From positions 9,504 to 73,503 of the forward strand of contig JAPLLW010000011.1 of NCBI GenBank assembly GCA_026387355.1: a DNA stretch of 64,000 nucleotides. The letters run 5' to 3'. The notes under the pieces were generated by a model. That model saw only the letters and a list, made by a program, of their open reading frames with translations. It ran no database searches and was not told where the DNA came from. This DNA is from Candidatus Omnitrophota bacterium. Its GTDB lineage: Bacteria; Omnitrophota; Gorgyraeia; Gygaellales; Profunditerraquicolaceae. This document shows positions 47,538 through 56,782 of this stretch, piece by piece. A program made the translations under genes and the position numbers. Numbering within the stretch: the stretch's first letter is position 1; each line of letters begins with the position of its first letter.

Positions 47538-47939
47538 TTAGCTCCTTAATAATAATGCTATGCTTACAGTTCCCAATTCTCTCAAAACATAATCCTCAAT
47601 TTTAACAATCTTTTTCCTTAATGGGCAACTTCCAGTATGAGGACAAACAATCTTCTTTAAAAAACACTCATTCAGGCTTGGCTTACCCTGGAATATACGC
47701 ATAATATCAGTTAAAAATATCTTTGCCGGTTCCTTGGCAAGAATAAACCCGCCACTCTGTCCCTTAAAAGACTCGAGAATCTTTTTTTTATTCAGCTGCT
47801 GGAGTATTTTTCTTAAGAATGGCCTGGGCAATTGCAATGCCAGAGCCAACTTCTTCACAGAAACAATACAACCTTTACGCTGAGCAATTAAACATAGGGC
47901 CCTTACCGCATAATCAGTATCTCTAGTTATTAATTTCAT
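47538..47939 (-). CDS. Rrf2 family regulator (NsrR-like)
   Basis: TDYAVRAL, FLRKILQQL, GQSGGF, C-x6-C-x5-C. Confidence 0.9.
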   Translation of the reverse strand: MKLITRDTDYAVRALCLIAQRKGCIVSVKKLALALQLPRPFLRKILQQLNKKKILESFKGQSGGFILAKEPAKIFLTDIMRIFQGKPSLNECFLKKIVCPHTGSCPLRKKIVKIEDYVLRELGTVSIALLLRS

Positions 47940-48049
47940 ATTTTAATTAAATTCGTTTGGGCAGTTTTAAGTCTTACCCAGGACAAAATACTGCAGCCCT
48001 CTTTACAATGGGCTACCGGACGAATCATGTATCTAACTGTTATATCCAT
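47936..48049 (-). CDS. 37-aa leader ORF translationally coupled to the rrf2 gene (not in ORF track)
   Basis: MDITVRYMIRPVAHCKEGCSILSWVRLKTAQTNLIKI*; AAGGAGG RBS; stop overlaps rrf2 ATG (ATGA). Confidence 0.55.
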   Translation of the reverse strand: MDITVRYMIRPVAHCKEGCSILSWVRLKTAQTNLIKI

Positions 48050-48071
48050 ACGCCCTCCTTCCTTTAATCAT

Positions 48072-48100
48072 AATGATACTATAATTGTATCATTTGTCAA
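48072..48100 (-). promoter_or_regulatory. Promoter with perfect palindromic operator (likely Rrf2 site)
   Basis: AATGATAC-N7-GTATCATT (48072-48094) spans the spacer and -10 of TTGACA (48095-48100)-16 nt-TATCAT (48073-48078). Confidence 0.75.
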
Positions 48101-48103
48101 GTA

Positions 48104-48144
48104 AAATTTTAGGGCCCTCTGAATTTAACAAAGAGCCCTAAAAA
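48104..48144 (-). terminator. Terminator-like hairpin
   Basis: Minus strand TTTTAGGGCTCTTTG...CAGAGGGCCCTAAAA followed by TTTT. Confidence 0.6.
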
Positions 48145-48147
48145 TAG

Positions 48148-48495
48148 TTACTTTACCGTAATCTCTTTTTCGAGCTTTCCACTTAAATTACAATACCCCT
48201 CTACCGAAAGTTTATCCCCGGGCCTTACATTAACGATCGCGTAACTTACGCTTTGGGTAGCCGAGTTATCCTGCTTTGTGAACTTGAGCTCTTTTATCTC
48301 TTTACCATTTAATCCAATATCAACTTTCTTAATATAGTGTGTTGCTGGATTGCTTACACTATGTTTGATTACCGCATTAAGCGTATTTGTTTTTTTGTCA
48401 AAGGTTATAATAATATCCTGCGGTGGATGCGCATAGGCTACAACTGATAATGTAAAACAAAAACACAGCAAAATAAATAAAACCTTTCTTTTCAT
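48148..48495 (-). CDS. Exported protein resembling the superoxide-reductase catalytic domain
   Basis: Signal peptide ending AYA|HPP; H..H..HYI..YCNLSG spacing like SOR ligands. Confidence 0.6.
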   Translation of the reverse strand: MKRKVLFILLCFCFTLSVVAYAHPPQDIIITFDKKTNTLNAVIKHSVSNPATHYIKKVDIGLNGKEIKELKFTKQDNSATQSVSYAIVNVRPGDKLSVEGYCNLSGKLEKEITVK

Positions 48496-49238
48496 GCCTT
48501 CCTCCTTTGCGATATCTTGTTCAAGATCGGAACAAAAAGATTTAAAACTAATAACGCACCTATCTCTGCGTCAAAACTTACTCCGCTTTGAGTAAAAATA
48601 AAAATTAAAGCAGCAACACTAGCGCCAAAGGTTAACTTAGCTAAAAAATTAAACGGAGTTGATTTAGGCTCAATTAACATTATAAAGATAAAAAAGTAAC
48701 TAAGATAACCGAAAATTGATCCTATTGGCTCTCTACGTATTAATGCCTGTGATCCAAAAATAACCAGCGAAGTAATAAAATAACTGAGGAGTAGTTCTAG
48801 TTTATGTATCTTAAAAATAAAATACAGACCTACAGGAATAAGGATATACCATAAATACGTCCCTCTCCATTGGGTTTGGGCGCCTAGAAGTAAGGTCGCC
48901 AAAATTACGCCAAATCCAGCGGGATTAAATATGTGCTTCTTGTTAAAGCGAATTAAATACTTTGATGAGATAGCAAAAACTGATGTCAATACGATAACCC
49001 ACCAATGGCTATCACTAGCTAACACAAAGCCGATTATTAATCCTGTGATAATCGAGCTTTCCGATATAGAAAACCTTTTATCTTTTAAATAGAGTAGCAA
49101 TGATTCCGCTGCAATTGCGCTTATTAACGCAATCGCAGTAGCAAAGAAAAAAGAGCTATCTTTATCTATAAACGATAAGGATAAACCAAACAAAATCAGA
49201 AATAGAATTAGCTGCTTTTTAATTGAGACAGGTTTCAT
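48492..49238 (-). CDS. RnfD/NqrB family membrane protein (short)
   Basis: SSIITGLII, AISSKYL, KHIFNPAGFG, FIMLIEPKSTP. Confidence 0.8.
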   Translation of the reverse strand: MKPVSIKKQLILFLILFGLSLSFIDKDSSFFFATAIALISAIAAESLLLYLKDKRFSISESSIITGLIIGFVLASDSHWWVIVLTSVFAISSKYLIRFNKKHIFNPAGFGVILATLLLGAQTQWRGTYLWYILIPVGLYFIFKIHKLELLLSYFITSLVIFGSQALIRREPIGSIFGYLSYFFIFIMLIEPKSTPFNFLAKLTFGASVAALIFIFTQSGVSFDAEIGALLVLNLFVPILNKISQRRKA

Positions 49239-49339
49239 TTTTTATCCGAAGAACCGCAACCACACCCACAATTACCCTTACCCTTCTTTATAAAGATAAT
49301 CAAAACAATAACTAAAATTATAAGCCCAAGCCAAAGCAT
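49235..49339 (-). CDS. 34-aa Cys-rich single-TM protein (FeoB-associated Cys-rich type; not in ORF track)
   Basis: MLWLGLIILVIVLIIFIKKGKGNCGCGCGSSDKK*; AAGGAGGT RBS; ATGA overlap with the next gene. Confidence 0.7.
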   Translation of the reverse strand: MLWLGLIILVIVLIIFIKKGKGNCGCGCGSSDKK

Positions 49340-49490
49340 CTCACACCTCCTTGTTATTTAAAAGTTACACCATAAAAGACTATTTGCCCCTTCTTTCCTT
49401 ATTCATTTTACTCTTTAGTAATAAGTTGTCAATTGTATTAAGATTAAAAAAGTACTTGCATTTAATTAATTTTTTCATATAATACAACTA

Positions 49491-50126
49491 ATGAAAAAAA
49501 TAGTAGTTTTCCTAGTTTTATTTGGCCTAACCGTTCTACTTTCAAGGCCCTGTGCAGCTGATGAGGGGAAAAAAGCCAACGGGCAGAAATCAAAGGCTTC
49601 TCAAACCGAAGAAGCCAAGAAAGGTAGCCTTGAGGCTATTGAAATCCTCACCGGATTTAGCTGGGGGAATTTAGTTAATGGGCAGGAGAATTACAATCTT
49701 ATCCCCGTAAGCGTATCTTTTGATTTTAACCTTAGAGAGCTAACCAAAAAAATACATTTTAATCCCAAGCAGCTATTGCAATTTCAGATAGAGCCATTTT
49801 TGGGATTTATTTCAAGCCCTGACTCCAATTTCGAAGGCGGAACAAATTTCTGGATCAAGATGGGGATCTTCCCAGATACCTGGAAATGCCAACCTTATGC
49901 TAAAATCGGTGTAGGATTAGATTACATGACCCTACACACACAGGAACAATCTACGCAATTTAATTTTACCGAACAGGTTGGCCTAGGACTACATTATTAC
50001 TTCACCAAGAACACTGCCCTGACCATAGAAGGACGCATGCGCCACCTTTCTAATGCCAGCATAAAACAACCAAACCACGGCATAAACAGTTACTTCGGCC
50101 TTGCGGGAATATCTTACCGGTTTTAA
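49491..50126 (+). CDS. pagL: Lipid A 3-O-deacylase PagL-like outer-membrane protein
   Basis: Signal peptide, beta-strands, FNF, RHLSNASIKQPNHGIN, C-terminal YRF. Confidence 0.85.
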   Translation: MKKIVVFLVLFGLTVLLSRPCAADEGKKANGQKSKASQTEEAKKGSLEAIEILTGFSWGNLVNGQENYNLIPVSVSFDFNLRELTKKIHFNPKQLLQFQIEPFLGFISSPDSNFEGGTNFWIKMGIFPDTWKCQPYAKIGVGLDYMTLHTQEQSTQFNFTEQVGLGLHYYFTKNTALTIEGRMRHLSNASIKQPNHGINSYFGLAGISYRF

Positions 50127-50189
50127 CCAAGAATACTGACAAAAATCTCCAAAATTAAAACATAATGTCAGAAAAATTATCTTAATAAA

Positions 50190-51050
50190 ATGATTATTTT
50201 TTCCCTTAGAGAAGACTGGCGCAAGATCCAAGATATTCCGGATTCTAGCTTCTTTCTTGAAGGCGACAAGAACCTTTGCTTTCTTATCCATGGCTTAACC
50301 GGGACAGCAAAAGAAATGGGCTCTATTGGCCAGAGGCTTAATAGGCAAGGCTATTCCGTTTATAGCCCGATGATCAGTGGACACAACCAATCTTTGTCTA
50401 TACTCAAAAGAAAAAAATGGCAAGAATTATACTCGCAGATAAAAAATGAGTTCTTAAAATATGAATCTAAATACGAGAATATATTTGTTGCGGGACTATC
50501 CTTTGGCGCGTTATTAGGATTAAACCTCTCCTACGAATTCCCAAGAAAAATACGCGCGATCAACTGCTTCTCCCCTACGCTATTTTTCGATGGCTGGGCC
50601 ACGCCAAAACTAAAAATACTTTTACCTATAGTCTATAAGACGCCTCTTCAATATTATTTTTATCTTAAGGAAGAGTTTCCCTACGGCATTAAAAACGAGA
50701 GGCTGCGATCAAGGATTGAAAACTTCTACAAGAAATCGGATTTATTTGATTATAGTAAGGTGCACCTTTATGGTTATCCGGTTATTCCGGTATCAAGCAT
50801 GCACCAGAATAGCCTCTTAGCAAAACATGTTATGAATTTATTACCTGAAATAAATACCCCAATACAGCTATTACAGGCAAAAGAAGATGATGTCACTAGT
50901 CCTAAGAATTCATATTATATACGCGACCACATAGGCTCTATTGATAAAGAGGTCGTGCTTTTTGAAGACTCCTACCATATTATTATTGCCGACCAACAGA
51001 GGGATGAAGTTGCGCAGAAGACACTGGACTTCTTTAACAAATACAAATAA
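50190..51050 (+). CDS. Alpha/beta hydrolase (carboxylesterase-like)
   Basis: IHGLTG, GLSFG, EDD, SYHII. Confidence 0.88.
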   Translation: MIIFSLREDWRKIQDIPDSSFFLEGDKNLCFLIHGLTGTAKEMGSIGQRLNRQGYSVYSPMISGHNQSLSILKRKKWQELYSQIKNEFLKYESKYENIFVAGLSFGALLGLNLSYEFPRKIRAINCFSPTLFFDGWATPKLKILLPIVYKTPLQYYFYLKEEFPYGIKNERLRSRIENFYKKSDLFDYSKVHLYGYPVIPVSSMHQNSLLAKHVMNLLPEINTPIQLLQAKEDDVTSPKNSYYIRDHIGSIDKEVVLFEDSYHIIIADQQRDEVAQKTLDFFNKYK

Positions 51051-51079
51051 AGCTTCCCTAAGAAACTCTACCTAAAGAT

Positions 51080-52489
51080 TTATTTTAATGCCCTGGATAA
51101 TGCCTCTTCAAAAAGCTCAACCCCTAAATCCATCTCTTTCTCAGTGATATAAAAAGATGGCGCCATAGTAAAGGCGTTTTTATAATATCCTCCCACATCT
51201 AGTATAAGCCCGCGTTTTTTACCGCCAACAGAAAGTGTTCCACTTAAACCAAGATTCGCTATTCTATCGGTTAACTCTTTATTAGGCGTAAAACTATCTT
51301 TTTCACACATCTCAACGCGTATAGCCAGGCCTAAACCGGCAACATCTCCGATCTGCGGGTATTTCTTTTGCAGCTTCTTAAAGCGAGCGAGCAGATATTG
51401 GCCCTTCTTAGGAACATCCACAGCAAAGTTTGACTCTTCAATTAATTTCATTACCTCGAGTCCCGCTGCAGTACCTAACGGGTTAGCAGAGAATGTGGAG
51501 TGCGTTGAGCCCGGAGGAAATACTTGCGGTGAGATAAGTTTTTCCTTTGCCCAGATACCGGAGATAGGGTTTAGTCCATTGGTTAAAGCCTTGCCGAATA
51601 CAATTATATCCGGAGTAACGTTAAAATGCTCTATTGCCCAAAGTTTACCCGTACGAAAGAATCCCATCTGTATTTCATCATCAACGAAAAGTATACCGTA
51701 TCTATCCAAAACTTCTTTTAGGCCTGAAAAATACTCCTGCGGAGGAACAATATAGCCTCCTGTCCCTTGAATAGCCTCAACGTAGAAAGCAGCAAATTCG
51801 CACTTGTTTGTCTTCTTGTTTACTACCGAATAATATTCGGTTTCAAACAATCTTTCAAATTGCTTCAAGCAGTACAGATCGCAAAAATCCTTCTTTTTAT
51901 CATAAGGGCATCTAAAACAGTACGGATATGGAACAAAGAACGCCCTATCCCCAAAATGACCAAACTTTTCACGATAACGAAAACTTGAGGTAATCGCTGA
52001 GGCAGCCAGGGTCCTTCCATGATAACCACCCATAAAAGCAAATACCAAGCTCCTCCCGGAATGATTTCTTACAAGCTTTAACGAGTCTTCAAGCGCAGAC
52101 GAACCGCCGACATTAAAATGCACCCTCCCCTTCTCCTCAAAGGTCATTTCATTTCTCCGGGAGATCTTTGTGGCAAGCTGAATTTTCTCCTCGTGCAAAT
52201 ATTGACAGGCTAACTGCGGAAGGATATCAATTTGTTTCTTAAGCGCTGCATTTAACCGTTTATTCCTGTACCCGAAATTAACTGCAGAATACCACATCTG
52301 TAAATCCAAATATTCAACACCTTTATCATCATACAGGAAGCTCCCGTTAGCTGACTTAAAAATATTTAGCTTTTCCGCATAATGCACCGTATCTCCCCAA
52401 GAACAATATTTTGCTTCTAAGGCCAGGAGCTCATCGGAGGATACCGGATTACTGACTTTATTCTTTTTTACAGCTAAATTCTGACTCAT
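51080..52489 (-). CDS. Class III PLP aminotransferase
   Basis: GGYHGRT, EAIQGTGG, DDEIQMGFFRTG, FGKALTNG, HSTF. Confidence 0.92.
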   Translation of the reverse strand: MSQNLAVKKNKVSNPVSSDELLALEAKYCSWGDTVHYAEKLNIFKSANGSFLYDDKGVEYLDLQMWYSAVNFGYRNKRLNAALKKQIDILPQLACQYLHEEKIQLATKISRRNEMTFEEKGRVHFNVGGSSALEDSLKLVRNHSGRSLVFAFMGGYHGRTLAASAITSSFRYREKFGHFGDRAFFVPYPYCFRCPYDKKKDFCDLYCLKQFERLFETEYYSVVNKKTNKCEFAAFYVEAIQGTGGYIVPPQEYFSGLKEVLDRYGILFVDDEIQMGFFRTGKLWAIEHFNVTPDIIVFGKALTNGLNPISGIWAKEKLISPQVFPPGSTHSTFSANPLGTAAGLEVMKLIEESNFAVDVPKKGQYLLARFKKLQKKYPQIGDVAGLGLAIRVEMCEKDSFTPNKELTDRIANLGLSGTLSVGGKKRGLILDVGGYYKNAFTMAPSFYITEKEMDLGVELFEEALSRALK

Positions 52490-53148
52490 ATAAAACTCCT
52501 TCTGAAATATTTATACACATCTTTTAAAGAATTATAAGCAAAACAGGTAAGCTTTTTATCCTGAAAATGTTTTAAAAGGCTATCTTTAGCAAATACTATA
52601 TCCGCATGCTGCGCCGGACAAATATCCGACCGCCCATCTCCAACATATATTATTATAGAATCTTGCGCCACGTTTGCCAAGAGGTTTTTTGTCTTACAAT
52701 GGCCACAAACCTGGCAATTCTTGTTATGAAATGGAAAGCGCGGAATGAGCCCATTCTTGTTAAAGCTTAATTTATTAGAATAAATCTTCAGACTCTTGAT
52801 AGAATGCCGATTTAATATACGCTTCAATATATAATCAAAATTATCGCTTAAAACGATTGTCTTTATTTGTTTTGCAGAGAGTAATTTTACTATCTTCTCA
52901 AAATAAGGGTCTAATTTTATACTAGATAGATACTTATTCAGCTTAACCTTTGTAATGCTTAAACCCTTAATCTGGCCTTCGAGGCAAACGTGGGATCCAA
53001 TCTTTCCCTTTTCCCACTCCTTCTCAAGCTTAATCCAGAGCTCATCCTTAGAAAAACGGGGTAGCATGCTATCGAGAACATCACAGGTAGAGATAGTATT
53101 ATCAAAATCAAAGAATACAATACACTTTTGCGGATTAATTATCTTCAT
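52486..53148 (-). CDS. MtnX-like HAD-IB phosphatase
   Basis: FFDFDNTIS, LSD, CGHCK, VGDGRSD, FAK; start MKIINP at 53148. Confidence 0.88.
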   Translation of the reverse strand: MKIINPQKCIVFFDFDNTISTCDVLDSMLPRFSKDELWIKLEKEWEKGKIGSHVCLEGQIKGLSITKVKLNKYLSSIKLDPYFEKIVKLLSAKQIKTIVLSDNFDYILKRILNRHSIKSLKIYSNKLSFNKNGLIPRFPFHNKNCQVCGHCKTKNLLANVAQDSIIIYVGDGRSDICPAQHADIVFAKDSLLKHFQDKKLTCFAYNSLKDVYKYFRRSFI

Positions 53149-53161
53149 TCTTTCTTTAAAA

Positions 53162-54172
53162 TCAGGCAAATACTCCGGGGGTTATTTTGTTACAATAAAC
53201 ACAATTGCCCTGCTTAATATTATACTCCATAATACTGAAATCTTTCCTCTTAATCAACCTCTTTTTGCATGCGTAACATTCTGTATCCGTTCCCCAGCCA
53301 CTGACATTCCCAGCATAAATATACTCTAATCCTGCTTCAAAACCTATAATTCTGGCTTTTTTTAGTATATCCTCAGGCGTAACCTCATAATCCTTGAATT
53401 TATAATCCGGATGGAAACGCGAAACATGCCAAGGGATAGTTTTGTCTACGCTTGCGATAAAATTAGCTATCTTGCTTAACTCTTTTTCAGAATCATTTAT
53501 ATTGGGGATAATTAAGGTAGTTATCTCAACCCAAATCCCTAAGGCCTTCATAAGCTTAATCGAATCTAAAACTGGGTTTAAAGAACCGTTACAATATTTT
53601 TTATAGGAAGCTTCGCTAAAAAATTTAAGATCAATATTCGCAGCATCAAGATAAGGCCTGATCATTTCAATACAATCAGAACTCATATAACCGTTAGTAA
53701 CAAATATATTGTAAAGGCCTTTCGCTTTGGCTAGCTTTGCTATTTCCTGGGCGTATTCAAAGAAAATAGTCGGTTCAGTATAAGTATAGGAGATGCTTTT
53801 GCAGTCGCTCTGGATAGCTTGTTCAACTATATCCTTGGGAAGAAACTCTTCCTCCTCTAAATGCGCTTGGGCTTTAAACGTTTCTTGAGATATCTCCCAA
53901 TTCTGACAAAAACCGCAACGAAAATTACAACCCAGCGTTGCTATCGAAAAACTGCTTGAGCCCGGTAAGAAATGATACAACGGTTTCTTTTCAATGGGAT
54001 CTACGTGAGCTGCTACCACATTCCCATAAGTATGAGTATACAATATGCCATCGACGTTCGCCCTTACTCCGCATAGACCAAACTTCTGATTAGCGATTCT
54101 ACAGTTATGGCTGCAGAGATAGCAGAGCACCCCCTTTTCTTCGAGCTGCTTATAAAGTAACGCTTCTCTCAT
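53162..54172 (-). CDS. amrS: AmmeMemoRadiSam system radical SAM enzyme
   Basis: CYLCSHNC, DPIEKKPLYHF, GCNFRCGFCQNWEISQ, YTYTEP, SRFHP. Confidence 0.92.
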   Translation of the reverse strand: MREALLYKQLEEKGVLCYLCSHNCRIANQKFGLCGVRANVDGILYTHTYGNVVAAHVDPIEKKPLYHFLPGSSSFSIATLGCNFRCGFCQNWEISQETFKAQAHLEEEEFLPKDIVEQAIQSDCKSISYTYTEPTIFFEYAQEIAKLAKAKGLYNIFVTNGYMSSDCIEMIRPYLDAANIDLKFFSEASYKKYCNGSLNPVLDSIKLMKALGIWVEITTLIIPNINDSEKELSKIANFIASVDKTIPWHVSRFHPDYKFKDYEVTPEDILKKARIIGFEAGLEYIYAGNVSGWGTDTECYACKKRLIKRKDFSIMEYNIKQGNCVYCNKITPGVFA

Positions 54173-55176
54173 AATCTTAAACTATCGAGTTTGCCTTCGC
54201 ATATAGGAAAGGCCTCTGCTACGCAAGGCGTAGTTACAGAATTATCTTTTCTATAATAAATTATTCTTGCTCTCTTGGCATCATTTAAATCACAGTAACG
54301 GCTCATTATCTGACAGGATAATTCCACCAATTGATCATTAAACTCTCCCCTACCTAAACAAGCCGGACCAGCTAAATCTTGATCGGGTATGAATAAATAA
54401 TCGGTTTCTTTAACTAAATACTCTAACTCCTTATTCTCTATTTCATTTCGGCCTACGATCAATTTAGTAGAAGCACTAAGTCTAAAATGCCTGCCTATTT
54501 TCAATAACTCCACATTTTCTATATTTAGCTGCCTATGTATAATAAGATCCCTGAGTCTATTAGAAAATTGCAGATCCGTAAGAAGACATCCTCCTGCTGA
54601 ATTCGGATAATCGCTTATCCCAAGCTTACGGGCTAAATTTATTTGAGGCCGGCGGGAGCGGCCATTAAAATTAAATAATTCTTCTCGCCTCACCCAAAGC
54701 TCTTTCTCGGGGACAGTTTCAGGAAATAATTTAGCGGATAATGGCCTAAGCAATAAACCCTCTAAAGCCGAATCCTTCTCGATAACCTGTAAGGCTCTTC
54801 TATGTTGTGACATCGGGCGTTGACCTAAAACTTCACCCGTAACTATGAACTGCGCATTCCATTCTCCCAACAGCTCTTTGGCCTTCTTCAACATAGTAAT
54901 CTTACAGTCTATGCAAGGATTCATATTTGAACCAAAACCGTGCTTAGGATTTAAAACTAGCTCCATAAAATCTTTACTAATATCCATACACCTAAGCTCT
55001 TCGCCTAAGTTATTCTTTACAAAAGAACTCATGGTATTATCAGGCTGCGCATTTTTCTTTCGCTGGCAAAAAGGAATCTTAAAATTAAGCGGGATAACCT
55101 CTACCCCTTGATCCTTAACTACTTTTGCCGCCAGAATGCTATCCAGGCCGCCAGAAATTAATGTAATTGCTTTCAT
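54169..55176 (-). CDS. ThiI-like PP-loop tRNA thiouridylase family protein
   Basis: SGGLDS, NPCIDC, TGEVLGQRPMSQ, AGGCLLTD, GRHFR. Confidence 0.85.
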   Translation of the reverse strand: MKAITLISGGLDSILAAKVVKDQGVEVIPLNFKIPFCQRKKNAQPDNTMSSFVKNNLGEELRCMDISKDFMELVLNPKHGFGSNMNPCIDCKITMLKKAKELLGEWNAQFIVTGEVLGQRPMSQHRRALQVIEKDSALEGLLLRPLSAKLFPETVPEKELWVRREELFNFNGRSRRPQINLARKLGISDYPNSAGGCLLTDLQFSNRLRDLIIHRQLNIENVELLKIGRHFRLSASTKLIVGRNEIENKELEYLVKETDYLFIPDQDLAGPACLGRGEFNDQLVELSCQIMSRYCDLNDAKRARIIYYRKDNSVTTPCVAEAFPICEGKLDSLRL

Positions 55177-55197
55177 AAATTAAAATAAAATGAAGAG

Positions 55198-55938
55198 TTA
55201 TTCCGGTAGAAAATATTTGGCTAAAGCCATAAAAAGAATACCAAATAAGAACGCAACAAACGCAAACGTTGCGCGTTTTTGGTTACTTTCTTTGTGTATC
55301 TCGGGGATAAGATCAGATGTAGCTATGTATATAAAGCCTCCTGCAGTTAAAGGCATGATGAAATTAGTAAAATTATGAACATAACTAGAGATAAAATATC
55401 CTATCAAAGCGCCAATTACCGCTGTTAATGCTGTTAGGAAATTACAAAGAAGAGCCTTTTTACGGGTAAACCCCCCATAAACCAATACTCCAAAATCTCC
55501 AAGTTCCTGAGGTATTTCGTGTAATATTATGGCTATTGTAGTAGCCACACCGACATTAAAAGAGACAATAAAGCTGACCGAAATAACAATTCCATCAAGA
55601 AAATTATGGAATGCATCTCCTACAAGGTTAAGATAAGTAAAGGCGTGAATACGACAATTCTCTTCATGGCAGTGGCGCCAATGAAGAAACCTTTCCATTA
55701 AGAAGAACACTATTATCCCGAGTATGGTGAAGTAGAATACGGTTGTAGTATTGGTTTTTTCTATAGCTTCAGGCAGGATATGCAAAAATGCGCCTCCAAT
55801 AAGCGCACCGGCTGAGAATCCAAGGAGATAAAAAATAATCTTGTGCAATAAATTATTTTTTATCGCTAAAGTTACAACGCCAATCAGCGAGATAACGCTG
55901 ACTAATAATGTACTCGTAAGGATCCAAATCAAAACCAT
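55198..55938 (-). CDS. ZIP family metal transporter
   Basis: HWRHCH, GDAFHNFLDG, HEIPQELGDF, DLIPE. Confidence 0.92.
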   Translation of the reverse strand: MVLIWILTSTLLVSVISLIGVVTLAIKNNLLHKIIFYLLGFSAGALIGGAFLHILPEAIEKTNTTTVFYFTILGIIVFFLMERFLHWRHCHEENCRIHAFTYLNLVGDAFHNFLDGIVISVSFIVSFNVGVATTIAIILHEIPQELGDFGVLVYGGFTRKKALLCNFLTALTAVIGALIGYFISSYVHNFTNFIMPLTAGGFIYIATSDLIPEIHKESNQKRATFAFVAFLFGILFMALAKYFLPE

Positions 55939-55958
55939 AATTAAATTTCTTCTACTAC

Positions 55959-56039
55959 TTAACCTAGGTTAGGCTTTCTTCCGTGGTTCGCTTTCTTAGT
56001 GCGCCAGTTAAGTTTGCCTCTACGTTTACGCTTTCCCAT
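55959..56039 (-). CDS. 26-aa basic protein resembling 50S ribosomal protein bL37 (not in ORF track)
   Basis: MGKRKRRGKLNWRTKKANHGRKPNLG*; GGAG RBS; KANHG[RK][KR]PN matches the mycobacterial bL37 C-terminal motif. Confidence 0.75.
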   Translation of the reverse strand: MGKRKRRGKLNWRTKKANHGRKPNLG

Positions 56040-56718
56040 TTTTATCTCCCTTGTAATAACTTGCTGGTACGTTTTGCACAATATATTTAACTGCTTCAAT
56101 AATACATTTATGAATCGCCTGTTCTATAGGGGTATTGACATAGGCAGAAATCCCCTCTTTTAGTGAATCCCTATTGCGAGGCTTCTTCCTTATGGCGCTT
56201 TCCGTTTCGGTAGCCTGACCAGTGATGCGCTCTGAAGCTAAGACCTTTGATGACAGAGTATCAACAATGCGGATATTTATTGCTATGTACGGCTTATTAA
56301 CGCCTGTGCCCAGAAGGCTACCAAGCGTCCCGCTCCCAGCGCTCCCGCCGCCACCTATACCAAGACTCCCGCCGGATGTGCGCGGCTCAAAATTTATTAC
56401 TTCAGTTGCAATAATAATCGATTTAATCGGCTTTTCAATCTCTTCCTTAGTTGCAGAGACTACCAGAAAACGGTTGGTCTTATTAAGCCCGGCTATCAAC
56501 ATATCCCGTAAATCCGAGCCAACATCAGTAGTGGCCTTAGCCGCTTTAATTTCGAAATCAGCTACCATTACCTCTACCTTAGGTCCGGAATAAGGGGGAA
56601 AGAAAGTCTGACCGATAAATCTATCTACAAATTGAACAGGCTTATTTATTAATACACAACCCGTTGCTCCAAGTATTATGAATACGCAACCGATTATAAA
56701 TAGAAAATTAGCTTTCAT
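56026..56718 (-). CDS. CsgG/HfaB family lipoprotein
   Basis: Lipobox-like ATGC, YSGPK, ML..L..TNRF.VV, IRIVDT...V. Confidence 0.78.
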   Translation of the reverse strand: MKANFLFIIGCVFIILGATGCVLINKPVQFVDRFIGQTFFPPYSGPKVEVMVADFEIKAAKATTDVGSDLRDMLIAGLNKTNRFLVVSATKEEIEKPIKSIIIATEVINFEPRTSGGSLGIGGGGSAGSGTLGSLLGTGVNKPYIAINIRIVDTLSSKVLASERITGQATETESAIRKKPRNRDSLKEGISAYVNTPIEQAIHKCIIEAVKYIVQNVPASYYKGDKNGKA

Positions 56719-56782
56719 TAAGTTAAAGGCAGGGAGTTCTTAAGCCCTGCCATATATACTTTATTTTATATACGCCGAACTA

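Noticed and set aside
49989-50291. Minus-strand 100-aa ORF across the pagL/esterase junction
   Set aside because: Overlaps two motif-supported plus-strand genes and has no features of its own.
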